IMG/VR virus record: IMGVR_UViG_3300026432_000013
Span: 12,180-76,179 of that record
DNA length: 64,000 nucleotides
Strand: one strand, 5' to 3'
Source of the DNA: a virus
Taxonomy: Duplodnaviria > Caudoviricetes
Made by a program: the position numbers and the translations under genes. This document shows, piece after piece, positions 63,169 to 64,000 of the stretch; positions within the stretch are counted from its first letter, which is position 1; each line of letters starts with the position of its first letter. The notes beneath the pieces are model-generated. The model worked only from the letters and a program-made list of their open reading frames with translations, was not told the DNA's origin and did not search any database.

Positions 63169-63957
63169 CTATCCCAGTTTGATGTTAGGAGGAATACTAA
63201 AGTGAGACTCTACTTCTTTCACAGTCTTTTCTATGAGTTCCTGTAACGTCTTGGACTCGTGAATCATGTTAAACTCCTTCATAACCAGCTTCTCCCTATT
63301 GGAATCTCCTGTCATTGTGGATACAACATCATGAAACCAAGGCACTGACCATAGATAGTATGGGGACAACTCCCTCCAAGCCTGATAGATTTTGATAGCC
63401 TTGTACTGGGCTTTGTCATCCATAATAGACTGCTTGATGTAGGTGTTTAGAGTCTCCGCAGAGGAGATTACACCCTCAATCACTTCTTCCCTACTGCTGA
63501 GAGTCTGTCTTCCTTTTTCTTTTTTCTTGCCACCCACGTCCTTCTCTGACTTACGTTTGATATCTGCCAGATAGTTTGTGAAGTATCTCAAGGCACGAAC
63601 GGAATACATCATATGAGCCATTGGTATTCCACCTAATCTCTGAAACTGGGATTCAATATATAACTTTCCATCCCACTGTTGCATTCTACATATTTCGTAT
63701 ACTCTTTCAAAGTGTATCCATCTCTTGCTCTTTGTAGGCTCTTTATGGGATACAACTGAGTAACCAGCCTTCCCTATTACCTTTCGTGCCAACATCTCAT
63801 AATGCCTTACAATCTCTAGAATGTCATCTTCTCTAGTCTCTTCTTGCATTTGTAATAGTCTTAAATATGCCTTCACCTCTTTCGGTAATATTATAGCTTT
63901 CCGTATGATAGGTACCCTCGTTATAACCTTTGGTTTCCTCTTTGCCATACTAAACAC
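63169..63957 (-). CDS. Hypothetical protein upstream of the helicase (possible loader/origin-binding role)
   Basis: 262-aa ORF; function inferred from position only. Confidence 0.7.
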   Translation of the reverse strand: MFSMAKRKPKVITRVPIIRKAIILPKEVKAYLRLLQMQEETREDDILEIVRHYEMLARKVIGKAGYSVVSHKEPTKSKRWIHFERVYEICRMQQWDGKLYIESQFQRLGGIPMAHMMYSVRALRYFTNYLADIKRKSEKDVGGKKKEKGRQTLSSREEVIEGVISSAETLNTYIKQSIMDDKAQYKAIKIYQAWRELSPYYLWSVPWFHDVVSTMTGDSNREKLVMKEFNMIHESKTLQELIEKTVKEVESHFSIPPNIKLG

Positions 63958-64000
63958 TGTCCTCTCATATAAAAGCTGTCCACTGAACGACCGCTCGAAC

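Noticed and set aside
1-64000. tRNA or rRNA genes
   Set aside because: No cloverleaf with a T-loop consensus noticed by eye; tRNAscan-SE or ARAGORN would be needed to exclude them.
1-64000. Opposite-strand ORFs in the supplied track (e.g. 3071..3505, 12450..13040, 23271..23963, 44711..45298)
   Set aside because: Shadow frames of real genes, with no SD and biased S/L/F composition.

Overview
This window is about half of a lytic SPO1-like Bacillus myovirus genome (Herelleviridae/Spounavirinae; a CP-51/JL/Shanette-like relative is my inference). All family calls are from recalled motifs and synteny, not database searches. Positions 1-8.3 kb are a convergent host-takeover module with five strong sigma-A promoters, six copies of a structured RNA leader and three gp44/gp50/gp51-family paralogues. 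8.3-13.4 kb holds unknown genes, a ~0.9 kb non-coding gap and an Ig-like/LamG cassette. 13.6-31 kb is accessory and metabolic: sirtuin, PcrA/UvrD, SLOG, dN kinase, Toprim, gp33/gp34 late sigma system, ATP-dependent ligase, 5'-3' exonuclease. 31-41 kb is the replication and hydroxymethyluracil (hmU) block: HD hydrolase, SSB, intronless UDG-PolA, TF1, gp30-like, HAD, dUMP hydroxymethylase. 41.2-47.8 kb is an opposite-strand plasmid/conjugation-like island (pilin-like protein, ParM, RHH, three micro membrane proteins, coupling-protein-like ATPase, Replic_Relax nuclease) and is the best candidate for an uncharacterised system. 47.8-64 kb holds a degenerate radical-SAM protein, gp27/gp28, a fourth gp44 paralogue, HJ resolvase, TerC/TerD, a Tad2-like anti-defence sponge, dUTPase, primase, a standalone WYL domain, SbcCD, DUF488 and a DnaB-like helicase. 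I saw no CRISPR array, tRNA or intron.
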